Shown here piece after piece: positions 1-9,046 of a stretch of 64,000 nt of DNA (position 1 is the first letter of the stretch; each line of letters starts with the position of its first letter). The position numbers and the translations under genes are program-made. The notes beneath the pieces were generated by a model that had not been told where the DNA came from, did no database searches, and saw only the letters and a program-made list of their open reading frames with translations. Source of the DNA: Candidatus Auribacter fodinae (GTDB taxonomy: Bacteria > Auribacterota > Auribacteria > Auribacterales > Auribacteraceae); the NCBI GenBank assembly GCA_003599815.1, contig QZJZ01000105.1:7174-71173 (forward strand), given 5' to 3'.

Positions 1-131
1 TTCGGCAATGACTCATACGCGCCTGTCTCAGGATTAACGATCAAAAAATACGAGCATCGCCCGAAACGAGGGTCAACATTGTCCTGCAAACTTTTACCTT
101 CCGATGTAACACAAATTTTCATGATTCCTCC

Positions 132-497
132 TTAATGCGAATGCGATCCGTGGTTCCTGCACGCGCTCAGTCCTGACAGGCTGTTGCTGAGCAGATGGTT
201 AACCGCTTCCGACGCTTTGCCCTGATAACCGGACACGACTACGCCCGCGTTCGCGAACTTTTGTTGCGCGCCCATTCCCATACTGCCTGATATTACATGA
301 GTTACGCCATACATGAGCATACCGTCAACAGCCACACAGCCTCCACCGCCATGGACATTTTCGTTCCGCACAACCTGCGTATCTTTTATTTTTCCGTTTT
401 CCACATCGACCAGCAGGAAATAAGGACTCTGCCCGAAATGCAGAGATACCTGCCCTTCAAGCCCCTGCTGATCTTCCATCGTAATTCCGATTCGCAT
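132..497 (-). CDS. NifB/NifX-like dinitrogenase FeMo-cofactor-binding domain protein (121 aa)
   Basis: The translation has the PHFGxxPYFLLVD motif, a GGGG turn and Gly/Ala-rich alpha/beta repeats typical of the Nitro_FeMo-Co small-protein family. It lies last in a minus-strand operon with Mrp and DUF5320. Confidence 0.6.
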   Translation of the reverse strand: MRIGITMEDQQGLEGQVSLHFGQSPYFLLVDVENGKIKDTQVVRNENVHGGGGCVAVDGMLMYGVTHVISGSMGMGAQQKFANAGVVVSGYQGKASEAVNHLLSNSLSGLSACRNHGSHSH

Positions 498-557
498 ATT
501 TTCTCTCCTTGTTTACTGCGCATCCCCTGCTTTTACACAGGGGATGCTATTATTGTT

Positions 558-863
558 TCAATTCTGTTTTTTATCCTGATTAAGACTATTAATCCGTTCA
601 CGCACAGCGGATAACTGCTCTTCCAGATATTCGGCCTGAGCGCTTAGCCCGGTGAGTTCATCCTTCGCGCTGAGCGGGATATCCCATGATCTCCAGCCGG
701 GTATACCTGTAAGGCGGGCTCTGTACCCGAAACCGAATCCCCGCGCGCCTCCGCCCGGGATACCGCGACGCATAGGACGTACGGGAACACCCGCGCAATA
801 TCCACGCCCGCCGCCGGTAAGAGCTCCGTAACCTGCAGGCCCTGTTCCATCAAATCCAGGCAT
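558..863 (-). CDS. DUF5320-family Gly/Pro-rich small protein
   Basis: The N-terminus has MPGFDGTGP...GRGYCAG and the C-terminus is a coiled-coil, which is the DUF5320 pattern. The start is taken at the ATG at 863, 8 nt downstream of AAGGAGG. The ORF track's GTG at 872 sits inside that RBS. Confidence 0.5.
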   Translation of the reverse strand: MPGFDGTGPAGYGALTGGGRGYCAGVPVRPMRRGIPGGGARGFGFGYRARLTGIPGWRSWDIPLSAKDELTGLSAQAEYLEEQLSAVRERINSLNQDKKQN

Positions 864-880
864 TGTAATCACCTCCTTAA

Positions 881-924
881 TTGATAATAAAAACCATTTT
901 CAGTTATGAGACAAAAAAATATAT
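881..924 (-). promoter_or_regulatory. Fur-box-containing promoter cassette, copy B (TAAAAACCATTTTCA core)
   Basis: A 44-nt stretch is nearly identical to 2494-2538. It contains a 7-1-7 inverted repeat one mismatch from the perfect palindrome found upstream of fur, and it immediately abuts the DUF5320 RBS. Confidence 0.5.
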
Positions 925-928
925 GCCT

Positions 929-1765
929 CTATTGCACTGCCTCTTCAGGAGCAAAATAATTCTCAATCGCATCAAGAATCGACTCCATCTGTTTTTTTAC
1001 CGTATCCGAGCACGAACTGTTGGCCACTGATTTTCCTGCGTCAGCGCCATCGACGATCTGCGGATCGAACCCAAGTTCGCCAAGAAACGGCACGTTCATA
1101 TCCAGCGACACATTTTTTCCGCCGCTTTTCTTAAATATATCTATCTGTTCCTTGCAGTGAGGACAGATCATCCCGCTCATGTTCTCTACTATACCGATGA
1201 CCGGAGTGTTCAGCTTTCTGGCAAAACTGATTGCCTTCCGGGCGTCAAGCGTCGCAACTTCCTGCGGTGTAGTCACTATTACACTGCCTGATATGCCCGG
1301 GATAAATTGCAGTATGCTTAACGGCTCATCGCCTGTGCCGGGAGGCAAATCGACAATCAGGTAATCCAGATCACCCCATTCAACATCCGACAGAAATTGT
1401 TCTATCACCTTTATTTTCAACGGGCCGCGCCATATAAGCGGAGTTTCGCACGAATCAATAAGCCCTGCCATGGATATCACTTTCAGGTTCGGCAGAGGTT
1501 CCAGCGGCATAATCTGGTTTTCCATAGCGAAAATCTTTTTTCCTTCAAGCCCAAGCATTTTAAATACGCTCGGCCCGTGCAGGTCAGCGTCCAGCAATCC
1601 GACTTTACAGTTTCGCATGGCAAACCCGACAGCGATATTCACCGACACCGTGCTTTTTCCCACACCGCCTTTATTGCTCATTACCGCTATGGTATGACGT
1701 ATTGATTTCATCCGTTCTTTAATCTGAGGACTGATAAAGTCTTCAGCATGATGACATTGATCCAT
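929..1765 (-). CDS. Mrp/NBP35 (ApbC) family iron-sulfur cluster carrier ATPase
   Basis: It has the deviant Walker A motif SNKGGVGKSTVS, a ParA/MinD-like fold and a C-terminal CPHC motif. The RBS AAGGAG lies 8 nt upstream of the start. Confidence 0.8.
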   Translation of the reverse strand: MDQCHHAEDFISPQIKERMKSIRHTIAVMSNKGGVGKSTVSVNIAVGFAMRNCKVGLLDADLHGPSVFKMLGLEGKKIFAMENQIMPLEPLPNLKVISMAGLIDSCETPLIWRGPLKIKVIEQFLSDVEWGDLDYLIVDLPPGTGDEPLSILQFIPGISGSVIVTTPQEVATLDARKAISFARKLNTPVIGIVENMSGMICPHCKEQIDIFKKSGGKNVSLDMNVPFLGELGFDPQIVDGADAGKSVANSSCSDTVKKQMESILDAIENYFAPEEAVQ

Positions 1766-1813
1766 ACTTTCCGCTCCTTGTATTGTGTGATCGGGCTTTT
1801 TTGTATTTCCAGT

Positions 1814-2479
1814 TCAGCTTCGCTTTTCAGCAACGTATATTTTCTGTAATTGCTCGTTATATTCCAGCACGTTAAATCCTTTATATTTCAGGTACGCCCC
1901 GACGATAGAAAAATCGTTTGATTTCTTTTCGTGAATTCTTCCCTCGCTTTCATGTATTATGTCAATAATAGCGAACCCCGCGGCATTAAAATCAGAGACA
2001 ATCAGCGTTTTATGCGTCACCCGCATCATCTCATCCAGCACCCTGAACGGTTTGTCAAAATGATGAAACGAGAATGTCGAGATGGACAGGTCAAATGCCC
2101 CGTCATCATAAGCGAGGCATTCCGCTGAAGACAGTATAAATTCAACCCGCTGTTCCACCTGCTCGTACGCGGCGTTCAGGTACGCCATATATAAATTCGC
2201 CTCGTCAATATCTATGGTGAGCACGTTGCCGAACCTCTTCGCGAGCGCGGCAGTCAGGTTTCCTTTGCCTGAACCGATCTCAATTATGCGGCCGGGCATG
2301 AAATCTATTTTTTCCACGGCTTCATCCGTTAGCAGAGCGCGGTCTACCCCGAATTTCAGGTAATATTCAAATCGCTCCGCCAGATTTCTATGGTTCTCAG
2401 CGATTTTATCCTGATTTTTCCGCCACACTTTTTTCATGTCGCAACATCCTGAATCTTTTTCACTTGCCATGCTTTTCAT
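1814..2479 (-). CDS. class I SAM-dependent methyltransferase
   Basis: Motif I (IIEIGSGKGNLT) and the post-I acidic residue (IDIDE) indicate a Methyltransf_11/25-like fold. Confidence 0.7.
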   Translation of the reverse strand: MKSMASEKDSGCCDMKKVWRKNQDKIAENHRNLAERFEYYLKFGVDRALLTDEAVEKIDFMPGRIIEIGSGKGNLTAALAKRFGNVLTIDIDEANLYMAYLNAAYEQVEQRVEFILSSAECLAYDDGAFDLSISTFSFHHFDKPFRVLDEMMRVTHKTLIVSDFNAAGFAIIDIIHESEGRIHEKKSNDFSIVGAYLKYKGFNVLEYNEQLQKIYVAEKRS

Positions 2480-2493
2480 TGAATCCTCTTTTA

Positions 2494-2539
2494 TTGATAA
2501 TGAAAACCATTTTCAGTTATGAGACAAAAAAAATATATT
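2494..2539 (-). promoter_or_regulatory. Fur-box-containing promoter cassette, copy A (TGAAAACCATTTTCA core at 2501-2515)
   Basis: A 45-nt near-duplicate of 881-924 lies 15 nt upstream of the methyltransferase ATG and overlaps the -10/RBS region. Its 22-mer is the exact reverse complement of the one at 8877-8898. Confidence 0.55.
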
Positions 2540-2542
2540 CCT

Positions 2543-3019
2543 CTAGCGAGTGTCCCTGCAGTCTTCGCAGAGCCCGTAAAACTGTATCAGATGCGTATTT
2601 ATGGTAAAATTATATTTTTCCGACAATCCTTTCTCGGTTTTTCTGAGCAGTTCGAGTTCGTCGTCGATAAATTCTTTGTAGTCGATAATTTTTTTGCAGG
2701 CAGTGCACACGAGATGGTGATGATGGTTTTCGTCGTCAGTGCCTGAAGCGAGTTCGTATCGTGCTCTGCCGTCGCCGAAATCGAATTTGAATACCATTCC
2801 CATATCGTTGAGGATTTCCAGTGTGCGGTAGATGGTTGTGAGCCCGACAGCGGGGTTATTTTCGTGGACGCTAAGATAGATTTCTTCCGCGCTCATGTGT
2901 TTTTCTTCGGACAGCATGAGAGTGTTGAGCACTGCTTCTCTGGCGGCGGTGATGCGGTATCCGCATCCTCTGAATTTACCTTGCCACCAACCGTGACCCT
3001 GACATTTCCCGTATGGCAT
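2543..3019 (-). CDS. Fur-family metalloregulator (Fur/PerR-like) with Cys/His-rich N-terminal extension
   Basis: The DNA-binding helix (TIYRTLEILNDMGMV), the HHHH metal site and two CxxC pairs (CTAC...CEDC) are all present. The N-terminus MPYGKCQGHGWWQGKFRGC is unusual. The RBS AAGGAG precedes the start. Confidence 0.8.
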   Translation of the reverse strand: MPYGKCQGHGWWQGKFRGCGYRITAAREAVLNTLMLSEEKHMSAEEIYLSVHENNPAVGLTTIYRTLEILNDMGMVFKFDFGDGRARYELASGTDDENHHHHLVCTACKKIIDYKEFIDDELELLRKTEKGLSEKYNFTINTHLIQFYGLCEDCRDTR

Positions 3020-3032
3020 CTCGTCTCCTTAA

Positions 3033-3047
3033 TGAAAATCATTTTCA
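3033..3047. promoter_or_regulatory. Perfect 7-1-7 Fur-box palindrome TGAAAATCATTTTCA (autoregulatory site)
   Basis: The sequence is an exact inverted repeat. It ends 4 nt before the RBS of the Fur-family gene. The Bacillus-type Fur box is TGATAATNATTATCA. Confidence 0.6.
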
Positions 3048-3105
3048 ATAATAATATAAGTTATAGATCGGCATGAGTCAATATTTTTTTACTGGTGAGG
3101 GATTA

Positions 3106-5865
3106 TTATTGAGAATATTCTTTAAGGAAAAGCTGAAATAAACTCTTTTGATCTCTGCTTAGTTTGTCGTATTCTTCTGAATTCTTTGTATAATCCGAAA
3201 TCATATTATAGAGTTCCTTGAGATTATCCGATATCCAGGGTTTTGCAGCAGAGAAAGTTCTATTATTCATATCGTTTTGAAGGCTATCAGAACAAGCGTG
3301 TAAAAATTTATAGCAGTGGTTTATATTCTTTTTGATGTAAGGGATTATTGTATCAAAAATATCGATTTTGTTTTGTTTGAACCAGAAGAGTACTTTCTTG
3401 AAAACTTCCAAATCAGTAAGACTCTCCAAATTGATTAAAGAAGCATTTTGATTCTCCTTAATGGCTTTTACCAACAACTCTTTCAAATCAGGATAAAATT
3501 GTTTTTCGAAAATCACTCGGATAAAAAGTATTTTTGCGAATAGATGCTCCATTTTATTAAAAACATTTTTGATATCCCCATCTTTCTTAAAATTCTCATG
3601 ACAATACAGAGATACCAATAGAGAAACAGCGTTTGTCCCAATAACCTCGTCATTGATATTCTCAGAAAGTAGCGAAATTACAGCTTTGAACATAAAAAAA
3701 AGTATATCGTGATTGATATCTCTATTATCAGAGACAAAACCCCTCAACAAATAGACCAATTTCGCCAACGGAATATCAGAAGTGCATATATTATTGTGCA
3801 CTTCTTTTTCAGTCATTTCAGTTGTTTTTAACCTAGTAAGGAAGGCTTTTATCTTGCTGTAACTGATATTTTCAGGACTCACGTGAAGGGAAAAATATTT
3901 ATCAAAGAAATCATAATGGCAAATTTTGTATTGACTCATCCATTCAACTCGTTTCGCTAGCAAATAACTCATTGCTCGATTATTTGCATATGCCACAACC
4001 GGAAACAAATATTCCAGAATTTTACTTAATCTGTCTTTTTCTATGGATAAAATATCTTTGTTGTGCTCTGCAATATTCTTATGAAAAATATCCTCTTTTC
4101 TTTTATCCGATCGATTACCTTGCGCTCTATTTGCCGCTTCCTCACTAGAGTATATGTACAAATCTCTATTTGACCAGATATCATCATAAACAGCATGAGA
4201 AATAAACCTGATTATTTCCAACAGCAAAAAATCATTCACATTAACTTCATCTTTAATCTGAGGTATATCAAAGGATACGGAGTTCAAATATCTTTTTACA
4301 TCCCGCAATGTATTGAAGTGCAAGATTGGAACATTTGCTTCAAACACTGCATACTCTTCTTCACCTATTTTTTCTGTTTCAAAAAGTAACTTAATACCTT
4401 TCTTCAAGTATTTATTAAGATAATATGCTTCTATTTTGGGCAATCGGTTAGGATGTTGAACAATTTTTCCCAGATAATCTCTATCACCAAGCTCTTTTAT
4501 GACTTTATCGTCGTCCAGCGCGACCAAGAACCTGGTATTGTCAAGTTTTGCATTTAAACGTATAAGTTTAAGTACGCTAAGTAATTCGTCTTTTTGCAAT
4601 CTGTCCAGATCATCAATGATGATTAATATTTTTTTCTCAGTTCGCCTTATATATTCATTAAGTTTACTTCTCAATTCTTCGAGATTTTCTTCACAACTTG
4701 ATTTTGCAAAACATTTGAGGTATTTATTCTCCCCTAAAATAGTATTTACATACTTATTTAATGTTTTGCTGAAATCCCTGAACAGAAAATTATAACACAC
4801 AGCGTTTTCAATCTGCTTATAAAAATTTTTCAATAACACTGTTTCATCTTCAAAATGCCATGGATCAAATTCTACCACCATATACTTAGACGACATTTTT
4901 TGTTTAGCCTGTTCTCTTTTCTCAGGGTCTTCTTCAGTTCCTCGAAATATCGACTTAAGAATCTCCAGAACAGAACTTTTCCCTTCACCCCATGACCCAT
5001 ATAAACCGATGACATGGGAATGGATATCTTTGATTTCGTCTATACGTTTTGCAAGTCCCTTAATGAAATCGATTCGCCCTAATTCATCTTGATCAAGGCG
5101 AGTTATCGGTTCATCGTTATAAATTTGTTTTCTTTCTTCTTCCTCATCTTTTCCAGCGTTTTGAGGAGTATTACTTTTTGGTTTTACAAAGAAAGCTCGT
5201 ATTACGATAATAAAGCCATAAATTACTGCAAAAATCATTATGCTTTTGAAATATAGATCAGATAACGAAAATCTCTGTAGCAAAGCGTTTAAACCCGACT
5301 TCGCAGGCCACAATACCCCTGCGCATATTAAAATTACATATAAAAATATAAATTCTTCAAAAACAAAGAGTGAGTTTTTAAGTTTAAGTGTATTGTGATA
5401 TTTCCTGAAAAAATCTATGAGTATGCTCCAAAAGCAAAACGCCAGAAAAGTCAAGACAACATAGATCAATACGATCAACAGTATATCCTGATACAAGAAA
5501 TCACTTATTTTAAATATTATTGATCTGAAATCGATATGTAGTTTATGTAAAAGATACTGAATTCCCAGAAAAGTTATCACTGCAAGTAACAGCGTATACC
5601 AATGTCGCTTCCAATTCCTCATCTTTCGTAACTTACCCTTATAAAGAATGAAATGAAGCAAAAAGAAAAATAAGGGGATATAGAAAAGACACTGAGGCAA
5701 ATCGACATAAATATCAATTAACACAAGAAAGACGGACAGTAAAAGAGCAACTGGTGTATAGAATGACCTTGAGAGTATTATCGTTACAATTTGTTTGATT
5801 AGCTCTTTCATCTTTTCTGCTGTAATGGTTTTATTGGAGATGCAGATCAGCTTACCCAATGACAT
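3106..5865 (-). CDS. KAP-family P-loop NTPase with N-terminal multi-pass membrane domain (919 aa)
   Basis: The Walker A motif GLYGSWGEGKSS and Walker B motif ILIIIDDLDRL are hallmarks of KAP NTPases. Roughly 250 aa of N-terminal hydrophobic helices precede them. The gene is markedly AT-rich relative to its neighbours. Confidence 0.65.
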   Translation of the reverse strand: MSLGKLICISNKTITAEKMKELIKQIVTIILSRSFYTPVALLLSVFLVLIDIYVDLPQCLFYIPLFFFLLHFILYKGKLRKMRNWKRHWYTLLLAVITFLGIQYLLHKLHIDFRSIIFKISDFLYQDILLIVLIYVVLTFLAFCFWSILIDFFRKYHNTLKLKNSLFVFEEFIFLYVILICAGVLWPAKSGLNALLQRFSLSDLYFKSIMIFAVIYGFIIVIRAFFVKPKSNTPQNAGKDEEEERKQIYNDEPITRLDQDELGRIDFIKGLAKRIDEIKDIHSHVIGLYGSWGEGKSSVLEILKSIFRGTEEDPEKREQAKQKMSSKYMVVEFDPWHFEDETVLLKNFYKQIENAVCYNFLFRDFSKTLNKYVNTILGENKYLKCFAKSSCEENLEELRSKLNEYIRRTEKKILIIIDDLDRLQKDELLSVLKLIRLNAKLDNTRFLVALDDDKVIKELGDRDYLGKIVQHPNRLPKIEAYYLNKYLKKGIKLLFETEKIGEEEYAVFEANVPILHFNTLRDVKRYLNSVSFDIPQIKDEVNVNDFLLLEIIRFISHAVYDDIWSNRDLYIYSSEEAANRAQGNRSDKRKEDIFHKNIAEHNKDILSIEKDRLSKILEYLFPVVAYANNRAMSYLLAKRVEWMSQYKICHYDFFDKYFSLHVSPENISYSKIKAFLTRLKTTEMTEKEVHNNICTSDIPLAKLVYLLRGFVSDNRDINHDILFFMFKAVISLLSENINDEVIGTNAVSLLVSLYCHENFKKDGDIKNVFNKMEHLFAKILFIRVIFEKQFYPDLKELLVKAIKENQNASLINLESLTDLEVFKKVLFWFKQNKIDIFDTIIPYIKKNINHCYKFLHACSDSLQNDMNNRTFSAAKPWISDNLKELYNMISDYTKNSEEYDKLSRDQKSLFQLFLKEYSQ

Positions 5866-5932
5866 ATTACACCATACAGCATTACTGTATCAATCTATAT
5901 TCGAATAATAAAAAGGAATGAAAAATTAAGCC

Positions 5933-6943
5933 TTAACTCCTCATTCTTTTGCGGAGAGCTGTACCGAATAGTCCGGCACACAGCAAAAAGATCGACATCG
6001 GTTCAGGTACCGCAAACTGTGAAGCGTCGGTCAACAGAAACGCGTGGGTCTCACCATCAGGATTGATACCATACCCGATGATCTGACCGAAACTATTGAT
6101 ATCCCAGGCATCCTGTAAATACCATCCAGTTCCATTATCAACAAGGTCATTCAAGTCTTTCATTGTGGAATCTTCATATAGAAAAGCGGTCGAATTGTTT
6201 AACGCATTCCTGGAATACCCAACCAATAAACCATCGTCATTTATACCGCGCACTTCGGATTTAACATCATCGGCAAGAGTACCAATAAAATGAGCGGTTC
6301 CGTCATAATACATTGCAGTATAATCAGTTCCGTTGTTAGTCACTGCTCCGGCCATCACATTACTGTTGTTTATCGCCCTGAACCAAGCGGATGTCCCGCC
6401 AAGCGTACCTATATTGTGCTGAGAACCATCCCAGTAAGCTGCCTGCTCCCAGTTGTATCCTGCCATGACACCGGAATCATTAATTGCCCACGGACGCCCG
6501 TGACTAAAATAAGTTAAGTTTCCGTTATATCGATATGCCTGATCGCTTTCAGTATATCCCGCAATCTGACCCGACGTGTTAATCCCGCGTGTATAACCAT
6601 TTATTCCAGGATCATGATATGTACCGTCATAGTACAAACTTTTGACTGGTGAGGTCATTGAATTAAATATTACTACGCCGGAATTGTTTATACCTGTCGC
6701 TACGGTATCGGAATATCCTAGTCCAGCCCCGATGTTTATCATGGTTGTGCCATTCCATAAAAATGCCTGTCTCTCACCTGAGGAATTAGTGGATTCACCA
6801 ACAACATGCCCGGAATCGTTCATGGCGTAAGCTTTGCTATTCGTGCCTCCAAGAGTGCCGAGGTCGATTATGTGATAGGCGGCAGAGTATGCCGCGCAGG
6901 GAAAAAGAATGGATATTAACAGGAAAAAGATTATTTTGCGCAT
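5933..6943 (-). CDS. HAF-repeat extracellular protein with PEP-CTERM sorting signal
   Basis: It has a signal peptide, repeated GYSxxxxG(x)xHAFLW/AxxYDG-type repeats and a C-terminal VPEP motif followed by a TM helix and RKRMRS. Confidence 0.65.
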   Translation of the reverse strand: MRKIIFFLLISILFPCAAYSAAYHIIDLGTLGGTNSKAYAMNDSGHVVGESTNSSGERQAFLWNGTTMINIGAGLGYSDTVATGINNSGVVIFNSMTSPVKSLYYDGTYHDPGINGYTRGINTSGQIAGYTESDQAYRYNGNLTYFSHGRPWAINDSGVMAGYNWEQAAYWDGSQHNIGTLGGTSAWFRAINNSNVMAGAVTNNGTDYTAMYYDGTAHFIGTLADDVKSEVRGINDDGLLVGYSRNALNNSTAFLYEDSTMKDLNDLVDNGTGWYLQDAWDINSFGQIIGYGINPDGETHAFLLTDASQFAVPEPMSIFLLCAGLFGTALRKRMRS

Positions 6944-7035
6944 TGTCTAATCCTTCTATATATAGAATTAAAAATATTATCAATTAATTATAACATATAT
7001 AGAAAGATATAGCAAATTTCAGACTTATTTTTCGC

Positions 7036-7066
7036 ACAAAAAAAGCGTGCCGAACCACACGGCACG
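7036..7066 (-). terminator. Rho-independent terminator for the ferritin-like/prx transcript
   Basis: On the minus strand the hairpin cgtgccg/cggcacg is followed by a T-run. The same stem sequence occurs at 9047-9079. Confidence 0.4.
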
Positions 7067-7100
7067 GCACGCTGGAAACTATCGTACTAACACTTACTTT

Positions 7101-7580
7101 TTATGCCATATCAGCGAGCAAAGATTCCAGATCTTCCTCATGCTTGACTTCATCCTCAAGGATTTCCAACACCAGATGGTAGGTGATAGGATCTTTATCC
7201 TTCACGAAATCAAGGAGTTTGCTGTATGTGGCGATGGCGCATTGCTCGCCTTTGATATTTTGTTTGAGCAATGTTTTGGTGCATGGATCAGTCGGAGCGT
7301 CGTATCCGCACCCTGACTCTTTCAACAACGCTTCCGGTGTCAGAAGCGGAGTTCCGCCTAATGTAATCATGCGTTCAACAAGCTTCTGCGCATGTTCCAG
7401 TTCTTCATTAGCGTGCTCTTCCAGCTCTCCGGCGACAATTCCTCTCATCCTGCCGGAAGCGACTTTCGCGCCGACCCAATACTGGTAATACGCGAGCCAC
7501 TCGTCCGCGTACGCTTTGTTCAGCATATCCAGCAGTTTCGCAACATCTACTCCGACAATAGCCTTACCTTTTGTGCCCAT
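7101..7580 (-). CDS. ferritin-like diiron protein (Dps-like/bacterioferritin-type)
   Basis: The four-helix-bundle ferroxidase ligands follow an ExxH pattern (ELEEHANEELEHAQK; EDEVKHEED). The protein is 159 aa. Confidence 0.55.
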   Translation of the reverse strand: MGTKGKAIVGVDVAKLLDMLNKAYADEWLAYYQYWVGAKVASGRMRGIVAGELEEHANEELEHAQKLVERMITLGGTPLLTPEALLKESGCGYDAPTDPCTKTLLKQNIKGEQCAIATYSKLLDFVKDKDPITYHLVLEILEDEVKHEEDLESLLADMA

Positions 7581-7619
7581 AATATCGTTTTCCTTTCGTC
7601 ACAATAAGTCTTGGTCATA

Positions 7620-8282
7620 TTATTTCAATTTAAGCGGCTTAAAACAAATAAACCAGTCAAGGCACTTTATGCCTTCTTTCTGAGCGCCTTCAACTCGCGC
7701 TTTCGCGGTACCGCAACTACCCGGAGGCGGTACAATAACGTCATCGCCGGGCTGCCAGTCCGCCGGAGTGGCGACGTTATACGTATCCACTGTCTGCATG
7801 GAAATAAGTATCCGCTTAATTTCCTGAAAATTGCGTCCTGTTGACAACGGATAATACATAAGCGCCCTCACTTTAGCCTTAGGGTCAATAAAAAACACTG
7901 CTCTTACCGCGCTCACGTCACTTTCAGAAGGCTGAATCATCCCGAACTTTTTCGCCACATCCATTTTAAGGTCGGCAATCACGGGAAAGTTCACTTCAAT
8001 ATTCTTTAATCCTTTGTACTCGATCTTTTCCTTGATTGTCCGCAACCACGCGATATGGCTGTAATGGCTGTCTATGGAAAGCCCGATAAGTTTGCAATTT
8101 AATGCGTCAAATTCTTTTTCCATAGACGCGAACGTCATAAATTCCGTCGTGCAGACAGGCGTAAAATCAGCCGGATGACTGAACAGTATAACCCATTTCC
8201 CCTTATAATCTTCCGGGAACTTTATTTTCCCCTGGGTTGTATCTGCTTCAAATGACGGGGCAACATCGCCGATGACAGGCAT
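7620..8282 (-). CDS. peroxiredoxin, 1-Cys Prx6 type
   Basis: The match to MPVIGDVAPSF...WVILFSHPADFTPVCTTE is canonical. The start was trimmed to the MPVIGD methionine (the ORF track extends to 8339). Confidence 0.8.
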   Translation of the reverse strand: MPVIGDVAPSFEADTTQGKIKFPEDYKGKWVILFSHPADFTPVCTTEFMTFASMEKEFDALNCKLIGLSIDSHYSHIAWLRTIKEKIEYKGLKNIEVNFPVIADLKMDVAKKFGMIQPSESDVSAVRAVFFIDPKAKVRALMYYPLSTGRNFQEIKRILISMQTVDTYNVATPADWQPGDDVIVPPPGSCGTAKARVEGAQKEGIKCLDWFICFKPLKLK

Positions 8283-8455
8283 ATAGGTTTTTTCACAGTT
8301 ATTCTGTTCCACTTTTAATCCCCCCTTCGCATCAACCATTTTTCAACGTTGTCGTTTGACAGTAAAAATCGACCTTATTATTTCAACGACGTCCCCGCAT
8401 CAGAAACGATTATATGTGTCTACTGCGGAGAGTCATGCCTCCTTGCGAAAAATCA

Positions 8456-8773
8456 TCAGACCGCCGTTTCGTACCACTTGTCAAGCCACGCCGCGTTTTC
8501 ATCAAAAGGATTTGTCTGCATGGCGAATAAAAAGAAATACGGATAATGCTCTCTTGTATAATACATATAACTCAGCCACTGGTGAGTCAGATGGTTATAC
8601 GCGCGTTCAAGATCTTTTTTGGTATGGGATTTATCTTCCTGAGAAAGATTAACCAGATTCCGCGCGGCTAATTCTTCAGTCATATGAAATATGGACATCA
8701 GAGTTTCCGTAAATGTCTGATGTTCAAGCAAATTCTGGTTTTGGAGCAAATTAACCAAAAAACCTCGCCGCAA
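8456..8773 (-). CDS. hypothetical protein (TTG start; alternative ATG at 8698)
   Basis: There is an open frame only. The RBS is weak and no recognisable domain is present. Confidence 0.25.
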   Translation of the reverse strand: MRRGFLVNLLQNQNLLEHQTFTETLMSIFHMTEELAARNLVNLSQEDKSHTKKDLERAYNHLTHQWLSYMYYTREHYPYFFLFAMQTNPFDENAAWLDKWYETAV

Positions 8774-8876
8774 AGGATGACCTCTTCTTCATTTTTACTA
8801 TTTGAGCCGCTTCTATCCAATAAACAAAAAAATGTTATATTTCCGCATGCAGTATGTACCATGCAAAGGATAGTAT

Positions 8877-8898
8877 TGAAAATGGTTTTCATTATCAA
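8877..8898. promoter_or_regulatory. Orphan Fur box (TGAAAATGGTTTTCATTATCAA), exact inverse of the 2494-2515 22-mer
   Basis: It lies in a 333-bp AT-rich interval between predicted genes, 104 bp from the nearest (weak) start codon. Confidence 0.45.
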
Positions 8899-9046
8899 TT
8901 TTATCTTTAGTGGGAGATTTGTCAATAATCATTTTTGGAGAATTATTCCAGGAGTGAACGCTGTATTTGAGAAGACTTCCGGTTCCGTTTTTCACAACTC
9001 AAACACATCGCAATAAAGATAAATATTTAACATATTGATACTAATG

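Noticed and set aside
8684-9016. 110-aa plus-strand ORF and overlapping minus-strand ORFs (8698-8925, 8813-8995) in the 8.7-9.1 kb interval
   Set aside because: They are AT-rich, low-complexity translations with no RBS and no homology. The region is treated instead as a non-coding regulatory or sRNA candidate.
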